Positions 25,428 to 39,062 of a DNA stretch of 64,000 nucleotides are shown in pieces. The translations under genes and the position numbers were made by a program. Numbering within the stretch: the first letter of the stretch is position 1; the number at the start of each line of letters is the position of its first letter. Source of the DNA: Selaginella moellendorffii (taxonomy: Eukaryota > Plantae > Lycopodiophyta); NCBI RefSeq assembly GCF_000143415.4, contig NW_003314286.1, forward strand, positions 263,766 through 327,765, read 5' to 3'. The notes under the pieces are model-generated. The model searched no databases and was not told the origin of the DNA. It was given only the letters and a program-made list of their open reading frames with translations.

Positions 25428-28275
25428 TCAGAGCTTGGAATTCAGAACTGCGGCATACATTCTTCCAAATGCAAGATGTCTAAAGCCTGGCGTATGAAAA
25501 CATACCTGGGTTCTAATTCATTGCTTTTTCCTACGGGGACCATGTACTGTGAAAGGCCATTGGGTCACCAGTAAGACTATTGTTTTTTACATGAAAAAAT
25601 ATGTATTGGAATGGAAACTATATTTTTGGGCATGGTACCAAGTAAGTATTGGGAGAATAACCAGAGTGAACAAGCTGGTCAGGATTTCTAATGAGGGTCT
25701 ACTCAATTGACTTAGATGCTGTAGTTCAAGATATTGAGTTTAGTTCTTAGTTCAAAACAAATAAATGTTAAATTATATTTATAAGGTTTATATATATTAC
25801 CATGCTTATATATTACAAACTATTTATTTGGGACTAATCCATTTTTATATAAGTAGGGGTCTAAACCCCAATTAATATATTTATTCTCATATCTCAAGCA
25901 TTTATCATTGCAAATTGTGCTTGCAAGCCAAAGTTTTGCTTAGTGTTTGGGATTGTGGTTTCTTTTCTTCTCTAGATATGTTATACCTTTTTACAAGATT
26001 TAGGATTGTAACTATTATATATGTTCTTTCTTTCTACTATACCATGTTGTTGTTAATTGAAGTGTGTATTATTAAAGGTTGTAGTTGATGCCTTATAATT
26101 GTCATTTAGTCCTACTGTTATGTCCTTTTGAGATTAAGTTTTTGGTATTGTGAGGCATGATCATGTTAATGCTACTCCTTAGTGTTTTGCCATTTTCAAC
26201 TTTGTAGGACGTAATTACATAACTTGTTATATTTTCAATATCTTGTATCTCCCATTAAGGTGGAGTGTGATTGTGATATTAATTAAAGAGTTATGGATAA
26301 TGTAGTCTAGTTTTTGGAGGGTGTTTCGAGGATTGAGTTTATGGAAAGATAATGTTTACAAGTTTGAATAAATTTTTGTTGACAAGGAGTTTGATTATTT
26401 TAAAAATAGCTTTAAAGATAAGTTAAAGAATTCAGTTAATCTTTTATTTTACCATTTTATTTTTGGAGGAGGGAGTAGAGGGGACAAACAAGAATCCACC
26501 CCTGATAATAGAGTGAAAATGAATGGATATAATAGTGAAATGAGGACAAATGGCATGAATTGTCGAGTGAAAACAAACATAGCAAATCTAGATGAAATAT
26601 TTATATAAACGACTAAATTTTCTATTTTACTTTAGTCCTTTAATTATACTTTTGACCACTTGAGGAAATCTCACTCACAACCTTCATAAATTCTCATCCT
26701 AATATAAGAAAAGATACTTGCTAAAACTATCAACTTTACATTTGGTCCAAGTGTTTTATGTGTCTATATCCCATTTCAAACACTCTAAAGGTACCACTGA
26801 TGTACTAGCCTATTACATTAAAGCCACATGATATCTATTATTATTATCTCATTAGTAATCTAAAAGAACCATACCACATATCTATTTTTCTGAGATTGGA
26901 TTGTAATTCCATTTATGACATGTAATTAATGCTTACTTCTTAGCATCCTTAAGATGTCCTAAAACTTAGAGAAACACGACTACCTCCACTATCCTTTCTT
27001 TGATCCCCGCAAGTATTTACCAACATGTTTATTGGGTCAGGGCTTGTAAGCCCATCTATCAAGTTTTCGGACTTCTTCACTATGTAACCATATATTTAGT
27101 TACAAAATAAAAAGAACATTCCTTTCCTTTCCACAATTAAGGACTTTGAGACAACATTTCAAAATACTACAATCAAACGCAAATCTTATATATACTCCCA
27201 CCACCTTTAACCACTAAAGTTTTTTAGTCACATGACTAGAAAAAGGTTTTAATGAGCCACAGAAGGTATTCAAATAAGTAGTGTTACCCATATTTACATC
27301 AACTATTTGATCTATTGAAGGAGCTAGAGTCAATTTCTAAACACTTTACCAAGTCACCCCATTTGTCTATTCATGTTTACTATAACTTTTGGATTCCCCA
27401 ATGTTCATATTATCACCCACTATAAGAGTATAACCTTTTTTGATCACACTAATTCTCTTAAAGTATTCGCCTTATTATCCTGTAGGTTTACTAAACCCCC
27501 TAGGGTTTGGAAGACAATTACAACTAGCTGGGAGACCGATTCATCAAAGCCACAAAAGATTGTCGCGTTTGAGCCTAGAACTCAAGTTGAGCAGCAAATC
27601 ATACAGCAGCAAATGGGTGATTCCCTACTAGAAGTGGTTGTTGCCATTATTCTGCACATCACGTGGCACTATGGGATGAACTTCCATTAGATATATTTAG
27701 CTTTAGATATGTCTACCCTTCATACAATCTAAATACCCCACCACAATGAACCATGGACACTGTACTTTCAAAATGCCGGAAATGTGTGGCTTGGTTGATA
27801 AACTTTTGTCAATGCCATTGGCATACCTTTTGACTCCACTTTAGGACTTAAGGATTTATGTTTTATAATCCAACTCTAACATAATAAAGCTAAATAAATA
27901 CAACAATTGAAGCAAAACATAAATAGCAAAGTAAGGACAAATAGAAATGATATTTCAAAATTTCTTTTCCTTTATGAAGGGGATAAAAAGGAATATAAAA
28001 GATGAACAGAATGAATTTAACTTCCTATATGCAATGTTAAACAAAGATAAAGTGAATCCAAATTAATGTGGGTCAAAAGTTGAGCAAAGGTAAGATACAA
28101 AGATAGGTTTTGTTATTAGTCATAAGTCCGAGTTAATAATAATCTCAAATGGTGGCCAATCATCAAATTTAAAGATAAGATATATCATTTGATGTTTGAG
28201 TGGCTTTGGTTCAAAATTATCACTTTGAGATTAGTTCAAGCATTTGACAATTGTATACAAAGTTGTAGCTAGTAA

Positions 28276-29219
28276 TGTCTTGATGAACAGACTATCAGCG
28301 TCAAGATGAACCTTCTGTCTCCCATCTGCAGTATGAAACTGGAAGAACGCAGAGTTTAACAAACTTAGAAAACAGCAAAGGGGTGAGAATTGTACGCTTA
28401 CAGAGATGACACCAGAAACCAAAAGAATGAGAAGCATGATAAACATGAAGGCTGGCTGCTTTCCTCACGGCAAAGAAATCCTGGAAGAAGAAGAGAAAGG
28501 AAGCTCTATATACTAGAAAGAGACGAAGGCTACCTGGAGCAATATGATGCACATAAGATAGAATGCAAATACGAGACTGGTGATCTCAGATAAACAAGAA
28601 AAGCATAAGAATCGATCCAGACAAAGTGTAGCTTACCACTGGCCTAAACTTACGTACAGCGTTGTAAATTTGTCATCGTCTGATTCGTCCTTGTTCCTTA
28701 GGACGAATGAAAAGCATGGAAACGAGTGCCACCCATGGTGGAAACATCGCACAGACAAGAAGGGATGGGCGTGTGTGGTGCATACACCGCAGTATAGACC
28801 TGAGTTTTAGAAAACAACGAAGAACGAAAACAGAAAGTTAAGAATGAGAGTACCTTGAGTGAAGATGGCACCACTGAGGCCAATAAATTCTTGGAGAAGG
28901 CCTACAACCACGCCTCTATCCGAAGGAAAGTTTCTCATGCTGCCACCAAGTTTTTAGAAAAACGCTCTCGCTATGATCAATCAATCTTATGGAAGATCCA
29001 ACCAAGAGAAAAAAAACTTACAAAAAAAAGTGAGACAAACACGAAGAACACAAAGGAAAAGAAAAGCATCGTGTGGAAACTTAACTGCATCAAGCCACCG
29101 ACGAGGAGCACGAAAGGCGCACAGTAGAAACAATGCCTACACCCCCTCCTGCTTCAAATCGCCCAAGCAGAGCGAGAAGGCGTACGAGATCCCGCCGCAA
29201 GCTTGCATCCACATTCCCA
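28276..29219 (-). pseudogene. Inverted, deletion-riddled copy of the 5' half of the MFS gene (23036-24318), introns retained
   Basis: Reverse complement matches exon and intron blocks of the parent gene, e.g. GMWMQACGGISYAFSL and MFIMLLILLV. Confidence 0.9.
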
Positions 29220-29395
29220 GTGACGCAAAATCGGCTGCGGTGGATCCCAAGTAACTTCGAGAAAATCCATCTAGTTCCCGAGAGACCTGCGCGTTTCGGC
29301 CCATAGAGTTGCGAAAGAGATCTCTAGGAAAACATTTGTAAAGAAAAAATAAATCTCTTCTGTTTTGGACAAGCTTCTGCCCTAGGAACTTAGCG

Positions 29396-30593
29396 ATGGA
29401 GCTGCGGTGCGTGCTAGACAACGTCCAGGGGCTCGTGGATTCGCTCAGCGCTGTGCGATGGAAGAAACAACAGGTGATCGATAGTTTCCTCCCCTCCTTA
29501 TGGCTATCTAGAAAGCTTTCTTCTTTTCACTCCACAGGACGCTATTTGCGAGGTCTCGGAGCATGGACTGGTGATCATCGTAGAAGAATGGGGATGCCTC
29601 CAAGCTCGAGTTTACTACAGGAAAGAAGTAAGCGCCCCAAAGTTCATTGTTTCTCATTGTTGCATCAATGTTCTTCTGGGTTTTACAAGCTCTTTGTTTC
29701 ATACGAGTATTCGGCAGAGTCGAGGCCGAGATTTGGCGTCAGCCTTGGCTTGCTCGTTGACACCTTGAGCACATTTTCTTCGACTGGTACCACTGGGCTT
29801 GAGCTCTCGTATCCCGGATCGGACATGCAGCTTCTCCTCAAGTAAGTTAACTGGTTCGATCGAGTGAAAGGCTTTTTGATCCATTCTCAGGCTCACGGAC
29901 GCTGATAATACGTGCATCTACGCTGAAATTCGAACCAAAGTCACGGACACTGTCCCGAAAGAGTACAGTGTAGACGGCGATGGTGGTCGCCGAGCAGTCT
30001 TTGCAGTGAAGGTTATCACTGATCGCACCTCCTTTTTGTTTTTGATAACTTCCTTGTTGTGTAGTCGGCGGCGTTGAAAGAAGCCATTGACGATCTCGAG
30101 TGGCCGGGCTCGAGCATTTCCATCACCATATCTCCCGATCCAGCCGGGGTGATTCTCAGAGGGGAAGGCCATCATGGAGACCTGCAGGTCGATCTCTTAT
30201 CCTCACTTTCAGTTCCCCACTAAGACTTCTTTTGTACTTGTTTAAGATCGACTTCCCGTATGATGCTCACAACGAGCTCTTTGCCGCGTTCCAGTGCCAA
30301 AGCGAAGTAAGCTACAGGTATGCTTTCCAGATTTCAGTAGATCTCGCAAAGTTGCTACGATGTTGCCCAGCTACAAGTATAAGTTTCTGCGAGCAACCAC
30401 AGCCAACGTTCCAAACAGCGTGACGAAAGACAACAGGGGCAGCAAGCTAACCATTGGAGCCGGGGGCCTCCTCAAAGTCCAGCATTTAATCTCCCTCCGC
30501 CAGGCGCAGCAGCACAATATGGATCCAAATCCCACACAGCAGGGCCGCGTTTCTTACGTCGAGTTCTACCTAATGCCAGACGAAGAAGCGTGA
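29396..30593 (+). CDS. RAD1: Cell-cycle checkpoint protein RAD1 (9-1-1 clamp), multi-exon
   Basis: Motifs LRCVLDNVQGLVDSLSAVRWKK, CLQARVY, RFGVSLGLLVDTL, YKYKFLRAT and GLLKVQHLIS. Confidence 0.9.
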
Positions 30594-30830
30594 GTACAGC
30601 GCTTGATTAATAAGAAGATCATAAAGGAAAATATTTTGTTTTAAGGGTAAAGTACTACTTAGTATAGGTTTAATAACTATTGATGAACACTAAAGTGTAG
30701 GCTTAGAGTCACTTTCTCACATCGCCGTACCTGCAGGATTCCAAAAAGGCTCGTCTTGCGGAGCGCATGGATGAGCTGAGAGCATTAACTCGCACCACCA
30801 AAGACACCAAAGATAAGGGCTTTTCGCCTC

Positions 30831-31550
30831 TAAACACCATCCTGATTCACTCTCTCTCCGCTTACCTGGTGATGACGTGGCATCAGGCTTTTTTTTTGTT
30901 TTATCTCCAGCGCACTCCCTCTCCCGTCCGTCGCCGCTGCGCACTCCCGCCCGCGGCTATCGCCCGCCCGCGGCTCCCGCCCGCCCGCTCGCCCTCACGG
31001 CTCCTACCCGCAGTCCCACCCGCCCCCGCACGCCCAGCGTGCGCCCTAAAATTACTTCCACGTGGCCACAGCCCCAACACTTAGCCAAATTTCAATCAGC
31101 GCGCCTTAGTCCGCCGGTTTCTTTTATGATCAAGCATGGCAGCAGCACATCAATTTCCAGAGGTAAGCAATCAATTCAACTTCATATTGATTCAAGAAAA
31201 TTATTTAGGATCCCCCATGGCTTGATGAGGTGCAAGAATTCCATGAAAAGGATTATTTTTGTGCAGATGATTTAGATTGGAATTTGTCTAAATCAAATGA
31301 AATTATACCTCCTATTGTGTATATATTACAGAAGGATGTGAACAAGTTTCTAGATGGTGAGAGGATAAGGGGTGATAAAGTGGATTTCTGGCGATTTTCT
31401 AACAAAAATTGTGATCCTGGAGATTTGAAACGACTCAAAAACACAAGCTTTTTATCATTAATCAGGTATATCTTTTTAACAAAATATAATTACTAACTTC
31501 TTGATACAGGTATTAGTGTGAATATGGAAAACAAGATGCTTGTGAAACAT
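30831..31550 (+). repeat. Left inverted arm of the MULE, including a copy of the promoter and first transposase exons
   Basis: Mirror ORFs 31230-31496 (+) and 33629-33895 (-) both read QEFHE.DYFCADDLDWNLS. Confidence 0.92.
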
Positions 31551-31959
31551 GAAAAGTTCATATCAATATTTAAAATTTATTTACCTCTATACTAGTCCTT
31601 AGCTGAATTTCTTGTTGATGCTGTATATTTTGATGCATATCTTCTTGCTTAATATTCATATATATTAGTATATAAAATATGCTAGTTTACCTCTAACGTA
31701 ATTTCCAACTGAATTTCTTGTTCATGATAAACATTTTGATGAATGTTTTCCTGCTCAAATTTTTATAAGTATTTCAAAAGTTTAATTAATAAGTGAATTA
31801 CCTCTGTCATAGCTTCCAAGTCAAGTGCTTCAAAATCTTGATGATGATAAAATAAATCATCTGATCCAGGTTCTAAGATTGTATGTGATTGTGATGGTTG
31901 AACCTTATAACTAGTTGTAGTCCAATCAGTTTTTTCTCCTTGTTTTAACATAATAATTT

Positions 31960-33989
31960 TTGCTTGATACTTGCAAAAGTTTCCTTTGGTTGCCTATGGA
32001 CAATTACACTAAGTCGAAAAAGCCCAATCACTGTGTCCTTCACTTCCAACAACAAGATACTATATAATTGGATCTGAAGAAGATTGTACATAGGATTTGT
32101 GAGGATTGTCCTTATCGAATTTTATTTGAGAGTTGTTAATATTTCTTGCTTTAACAATTGCACCATCGATTAGTTTTTCATATGCATCGTTTCGGATAAA
32201 ACCATGATCTTTGCAATAACTAGTAAACCAGTATCTTGCATGAACCTTAGTAGTAAGTTGATGAATTGCCCAATCCATCCTTCGATTGCGAGCATGTTTT
32301 TTTTCGGATGAGAGTATAGCTTTCATATTTGTATGGAATGCCTCAATCAAACTATTTGTCTCTTTGTTAGCATGAGGGAAATTTCGAGCATCAACAACCC
32401 ATATATCTATCAAATATAAATTAAATTAAATTATAAAAATTAAAATATTAATTCACTTACCAACTTTGTCCTTCCATTCATCTTAAAAATACTTGATAAA
32501 GGCTACTTCATTTTGAAAATCCACTTCAAAATGTTCAATAAGTTGTTTAATCTCAGCTCGCATAATATTATCATCATGAAAAAATGCATGAATTGAATGA
32601 TATATAATATCTCTGAGACGTTTATTTCCATCCTAATATCCCAAGATTTCATCTTACAAATAATAGGTTTGAGCCAATTCCTCCTCACATGCCAAATATA
32701 TAATAAAATTTGACAATCAAATGTAGCTCTATATAGAAGAAAATAATTAAATTATTTCATATCAAATTAATTACTTTATAGCATTAATCTCTGTTTCAGC
32801 ATCATCAATCATTATTGCCCGTGGTTTCTAATTTGGCATGTGTTCTAAAACTCATTTTTTAAGAGCTATCATCTAATTCTTCATATATTCTCCTTTCTCA
32901 CTAAAAGTTAAAACCGATGCAATTGAAATACCATTTCCATGATAATCAAATTACCTTGTAGTGATTAGTTCCAAAAGTTGCATCAAGACTCAATAAATTA
33001 TTATTTGAAAATTCCACCATCTTTTGTAGTTGCCAAGTTGTCTGAATCTCAATAGTAAAACAATCTTTACCTCGATCACCTTCCTGATAGAAAAATATTT
33101 TCTCGGGATTTGTGTTTTTCCAAATACGTACACTCTATGCGTCATTCTCATGTAATCGATAAGTTGAAAGCAAATACTTCCTATGCAGATTATTGATATC
33201 CTGCATAGTTAGAAAATCATCTCAATGAAGAGGTTCACCAGCTGACTTGTTCCTTCCCACAATCTGTATATGCTCATTATAAATCTGATTTGATGTGAAA
33301 TCCTACTAAATCATATGAATCACCCAATGTCAAATATCTATTGAAAGCTTCTGAGGAAATAATGACTTTCCTCCAGTCGGATCAAGTTGACCATGATAAA
33401 GAATCCCATTCTTATCACAATGCTCTCTATGATAATACGTAATCTGCATATAATCAGGCCATTTGTAAAACTGTTTGACCAAAAAATTGCAAAGGCAACC
33501 TCACTTATTAGAACTTTGACCTGATCTACTTCTAAGTCTTGACTTTGGTGTAAATTCAGCAATCATAATAGAGGATGTTTCACGAGCATCTTGTTTTCCA
33601 TATTCACACCAATACCTGTATCAAGAAGTTAATAATTATATTTTGTTAAAAAGATATACTTGATTAATGAAAAAAATCTTGTGTTTTTGGGTTGTTTCAA
33701 ATCTCCAGGATCACAATTTTTGTTAGAAAATTGCCAAAAATGCACTATATCACCCCTTTTCCTCTCACCATCTAGAAACTTGTTCACATCCTTCTGTAAT
33801 ATATACACAATAGGAAGTATAGTTTCATTTGATTTAGACAAATTCCAATCTAAATCATCTGCACAAAAATAATCCATTTCATGGAATTCTTGCACCTTAT
33901 CAAGCCATGGGGGATCCTAAATAATTTTCTTGAATCAATATGAAGTTGAATTGATTGCTTACCTCTGGAAATTGATGTGCTGCTGCCAT
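31960..33989 (-). pseudogene. Degenerate MULE transposase with a SWIM-like finger
   Basis: Motifs SLDATFGTN, IMIDDAETEINA, WHVRRNW, ETNSLIEAFH and C*CP..TKGNFCK; many stop codons. Confidence 0.75.
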
Positions 33990-34321
33990 GCTTGATCATA
34001 AAAGAAACAAAAACGTTTTTAGGTCAATTATGGGGCAACCATCTGGCGGACTAGGATTGAAATTTGGCTAAGTGTTGGGGCTGTGGCCACGTGGAAGTAA
34101 TTTTAGGGCGCACACTGGGCATGTGGGGGCAGGTGGGAGTGCGGGTGGGAGCCGTGAGGGCAAGTGGGCGGGCAGGAGCCGCGGGCGGGCGATAGCCGCA
34201 GGCGGGAGTGTGCAGTGGCGACAGACGGGAGAGGGAGTGTGCTGGAGATAAAACAAAAAGAAGGCCTAATGCCACATCATCACCAGGTAAGCGAAGAGAG
34301 AGTGAATCAGGATGGTGTTTA
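33575..34321 (-). repeat. Right inverted arm of the MULE
   Basis: Reverse complement of the left arm, with scattered transitions and one indel. Confidence 0.92.
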
Positions 34322-34461
34322 ACGGGAGGCCAAAGATAAGATCCATGGAGCACCCATTGATTATATAGTTTAATTTTTTTACATTCATTACTAATGACAT
34401 ATTTCTAAAACTATGTCCATTGTACAAATACATATGGAGCAAATTTAATAAGATTGTTGTT

Positions 34462-34740
34462 TTGCGAGCAAAACTTTGTGGCGGTGTGATAGTACTTCAG
34501 ATGTAATCGTTGTCACACAGATACTCGGGCATGGTACTCGTCCTGATACTTCCAGATGGCCGAGTGTCTCAAGGGTTAGCGTGTGGAACTTCCTATGATC
34601 GGGGTATTGCTTTTCGATTCCATTTTCTCCGAATGTTCTGCCACAGTTATATATTCGAGTTCTTCATGAAACGGTCCCGAACTTCAAGGCCGGTTTTTCT
34701 TCTGATTGTTCAAGCTCTTATGGGATCTGCATGTTTGCTT
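34462..34740 (+). pseudogene. Fragment of the 3' part of the MFS gene (~24660-24935)
   Basis: YI.EFFMKRS.T.RPVFLLIVQALMGSA block; a ~20-nt intron piece at 34462-34481 is inverted. Confidence 0.85.
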
Positions 34741-34989
34741 TATTTATGATTATGCAGATCTATGGAACGTTCCTCAAATTCACTGTCAGTACCATGCTCT
34801 AGCAACATGGCTAGATATACCACCCACTGCTGGACTGGGAGTAACACAAGCAAACTCTCCAACTTGCGCTAACGAGATTCCATGGACAGTTCAATGAGTT
34901 TGCTTCTAAACACTTCTACTATGTGAACATTAGAAGTGTGGTTTAATCCACATGGCAGTTGATGTGGAGTGTAGCAAAAGATCTTTATA

Positions 34990-35460
34990 AAGTGGTAAGA
35001 TGAGAATTATAATACTATATTAAATTTGTTCTAACAAATCAAGGTGAATAAGAACATTTTTATTGTGCCATGAGGACTGATTGCATGCAGCCACACACCA
35101 TTCCTATTTAGGGTGAGAATATAAATACATGTGGTTGTTCTAATAAATCTCATTTTCAAGGCGAATAAGAACAATCTGCTAATGATTGTGTGAGCACTGA
35201 GAGCATGTGGCCACACACCATTTACATTGTTGGATGAGAATGAAAAGATGCAGCAAGAGTCTTTATAACGCAAGTCTAATGTTATTTTATAACTTTCATT
35301 TTTAAGGTGAACAAGAAGAATATAAAGAGTGAGCCATATGTCATTCCTATCTAAGGTCAGAATTATAAATACCAAGTTCTTAATATATTTCATTTTTAAA
35401 GTGAACAAGAATAATTTATTGATGATAGTGAGGAGTGAGAGATAGCAACAAATATGTGAT
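34990..35460. repeat. Degenerate ~120-bp tandem repeats resembling the 3' end of the Sola-like transposase gene
   Basis: Recurring ggtgagaat.ataaatac...ttctaata.at.tcatttt.aaggtgaa.aagaa, similar to 58092-58157. Confidence 0.5.
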
Positions 35461-37849
35461 TGAACATGGAAATATTATATATTTACATATGTGTAGATTT
35501 ATTTTTTTATTTTGAGTTGCATGCAAAAGTATTATACACACAAACACTTTTCGATTATTATATAAGCAATCAAAATATAATTGTGTGTATAATATTTTTA
35601 ATTAGGGTATAACACCTTAAACCATACAAGACAAATATCACATCATCTTAGATAACATGATGTCACCACAAATATAGTAAAGGTATTTTATTTATCTCAT
35701 TCTTATGTCATTGAGTACAAATTTATGATCTCCCAATTGTGATCATCTCTCTCCTCCTTTGTGTGCATTCCATTTGCCTCTCATTTCATGTGTCTATGCT
35801 TTATTTCTCATAGTTTGGAAGCATATTTCAATTGTAAAATATACTAATGTAAGCATGGTGGTTCAATTGGCAAGTATTTCTTATTTCTCACAGCTTGTTT
35901 ACGTTTCAACACCTTAATCTAGGTAATAATTGATTGACCTAGAAGTGAGTGCAATCAATTAGAATGTAGAGGTGAGTGCAAAACCATTTTATGAATGTTT
36001 AGGGTGTTGAGTGTTGTGACTTTCTGTGAGCAAGTGGATCTTACTGTAGCCACAGTAATTTCTCGCATTCCTAGTTTGTTGTTCTTGGCCTTAATGTGCA
36101 AACACGCCCAATAGTAATGCTAAAAATATATATGTATGATAAGTGTTTTCGATTACCCTTACCAAGGAGAGTGCCTCAAGTACACAATGGTGGCAAACTC
36201 AACTTGCAACATCTAAAAAACATGTAAAATCCAATTTGTGCACACATATATGTTTTTTTTTCATATATTTTGCAACCTTACACATTTTTTTATCAGGTCA
36301 CCCACCCCAGGTACACCTCTCTCCCCCCAAAACTACCATCACAAATTTCTTGCTATAGTGGCTATGGACTATTTTTATTTAATCTTGAAATAATATAAGT
36401 TGAGAACTATATATTAAGTGTTAATTTTCTAACAAAACTTATTTTTAAGATAAAGAAAGCACTAATAGTCCTTAAGGGTCATAATATATAACCTAAAGAA
36501 GTGAAACCACTTAGGCACACTAGTGTATTTTTCTTGAATTGATGTACGAAATCTAAATTTTATCAATGACAATATGGTGTTTGGCCATATGCAATATGTG
36601 GCATGTGTCTATAAAGAAGAAATACATATTTTCATAATTGTTTGTGTCATGAAAATTGAAGTCATGCCATACAAAAAATGCAGGGAGATCATTTATAAAC
36701 AGACGTGAGAACTATATATTTACTAGGACCTGATTGTTTTGAAACAATTCATTAAAAAAAAGAACAAAAAAATGGCAGTGGGCATACACCAGCCTAACTA
36801 GTGAACACTTCTTTCATTGTGCTCTCAGTAGTAATTTCGAGTCAAATGTCTTACTTTGGAGTGTGGCTACTTGGCAAATGCCAACATCACACAGTGGAAA
36901 AGGGGGGAGAGGGAAGTGATCACAGGAGTTAGTAGATGGTAAAAAAACTTTATATTGTAGAATAGCTTGCTGTGCCACACATTGGTAAGTTGTATCCTTA
37001 GCATTCAAACAACTTGTTAGGAGCCAAAAGCTCTTCTAGCCACCTTTTCAGTGCTTCTGTCCATGTGTTCTCCACTTTCTGCCTCTAATCAAATAAGTAG
37101 AAAGGATCTCAAGGCATTCATTTTCTTAAGTAATGGCCACACAAAGAGATAGAAAAGCTTGTGAAGAATCCATGATTGCAAATAATCCAACTTCGCACCA
37201 AAGCACCAAAGAGAAAGAGGGAATGGGGCCAGGGAAGACAATATTGATATCTCTGAAGTTCTATGTAATAATTTGTTGTGTGATGCATGTAGCAATGTTT
37301 GGTTTGTTTAATATAAGTGTTATTCCTATTTAATATTTTTGAATAATCTAATTGATCAATAATTATAAACATGTTGTCAGTTTATAGATCAATGGTAGAA
37401 CATACTAGGAAGTGTTTAAGAAAATTTACAAATTATAAATATAAGATTAATATAAATGAATAATAGCAGTTAGATGATATAATATCCTAGAATATCTAAG
37501 CATATTCTAAGTATAATGGTAATTACACATATGAAATTCATAAACACATAGTGTGACATTATTCACCTCATAACACAATTATTACATCTTACATAGTATT
37601 GATTTAGATATTTACATAAACATGAATTCCATCTTATGTGTATATCCAAAGGTTCTATTTTAGTGGTAAATTTTATGTAAATAAGATGGCCATGCCAGAC
37701 AAAAATGAAGTTACAAAAGTCCTGGTGTTATGCAATAACTTCATAATGAGGTGTGATGCTTGCAAATCCTGTGGTATAAGATTGGTAATGAAATAAACAA
37801 ATCAAAATATTAACACCAATATTGAGTTCATTAAGGCATGGAAGTGTGC

Positions 37850-38680
37850 ACATATGCTATCAAGTGACTGACCTGGCACTTCTGGCTCTGATCCTTTGCA
37901 CCATCTTCCAGACCATCAAATACACAGGCTTCCTGGTTCCATGGATGACTAATCGCATCATTCCAATCCATAAGGATGTTCCTGACAAACTACTGCTGTA
38001 TTATGGTCAGCAGCATTTTCTCGAAACTCTACGCACACATGCTGGAGAGAAGACTCTCCCAGTGGGCAGAACAACTCCAAATGCATACTTGGGGGCAAGC
38101 CGGATTTCGGCCCCGACATGGTGTCGATCATCTGGTCACGTTGCGGACAATTATGGACTGAAGGCGGACAAGGCAAGGCCTACTAATCTGTTGTTTGTGG
38201 ACTTCACCAAAGCTTTTGATACAGTCCCCTGCAATCTTCTATTTGAGCACCTCTGGGATCTGAACACACCTCCGTCTCTCATCACAGCTATCTGCCACCT
38301 CTAGATTCAAGCCGAATTGGTAGGATGAGCAGCGATCAATTCCTGGAAAAGTGCCTCAATGGTAAATTCCGAACAAAGTCGGAGACAAGGGGGCAGCCCT
38401 GCTTAACCCTGTTTGATGTCCAGATGGCGGGACTGTTTCTCCAATTACTTCTCTACACCAATGACTTGCTCTTGCTTGCCAACTCCCATGGGCAAATGCA
38501 AAGACAGCTTGATGCGCTCGCGAGATTTTGCACACCAATACAGCTCTCCATAAAACTTAGTAAGACACAGCTGCTGGCTTCGGGAAGGGATGGAAGACCC
38601 TCCCCCCTCTGTTCTATTCAGGCCATGAGGTCATGAGAGCAACACAATACAAGTACCTTGGCATCACCCTGCATCAGCAA
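37850..38680 (+). mobile_element. Degenerate non-LTR (LINE) reverse transcriptase relic, interrupted at 38680 by a Gypsy element
   Basis: Motifs IIPIHK, QAGFRPRHG, FVDFTKAFDTV, LLLYTNDLLL (YADD position) and KYLGITLH. Confidence 0.8.
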
Positions 38681-39051
38681 TGTTAAGACCCCCAACAAGA
38701 TCAAAACTAGAAAATGCTAAAGACAAAGAGAAAAGCTAGTGGAAACAAAGAAGAAGCCTTAGACTGGTGTTGATTCAGATTGTGGAGAAATGGAACAAGG
38801 CTAACCTATATATACTATAGGTTGATGAAGCTCCACCACTCTTGGATCGAGGACGGCTTAAATATAGCTGAGGTTGAGGAGGCGCCACATCAATATCAGG
38901 AATGTGGCTCGAGACTCAGGAATCGGGAAGTGTCTTGAGAGTCAGGAATAGGGAAGTGTCTCGAGAGTCAGGAATAGGGAAGTGTCTCGAGAATCAGGAA
39001 TGTGGTCTGCAGGTCAGGAATCCGGCATCAAGAATTGGGGGATTCCTGACA
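38681..39051 (-). repeat. 3' LTR of the chromovirus
   Basis: Nine substitutions versus the 5' LTR by manual comparison; contains three ~26-bp internal tandem repeats. Confidence 0.96.
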
Positions 39052-39062
39052 GCACCCCCTCC

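Larger units (their letters stand above)
30831..34321 (-). mobile_element. Foldback Mutator-like element (MULE) with ~720-750-bp inverted arms and a degenerate transposase
   Basis: 30831-31550 is the reverse complement of 33575-34321. The interior has MULE motifs. Exact termini (possibly ~30760 and ~34352) and a TSD are not resolved. Confidence 0.82.

Noticed and set aside
25740-28270. AT-rich stretch with short ORFs (e.g. 27373-27690)
   Set aside because: No motif, terminal repeat or TSD I can support; probably old TE debris.
35470-37820. AT-rich region with short ORFs
   Set aside because: No recognisable product or element boundaries.
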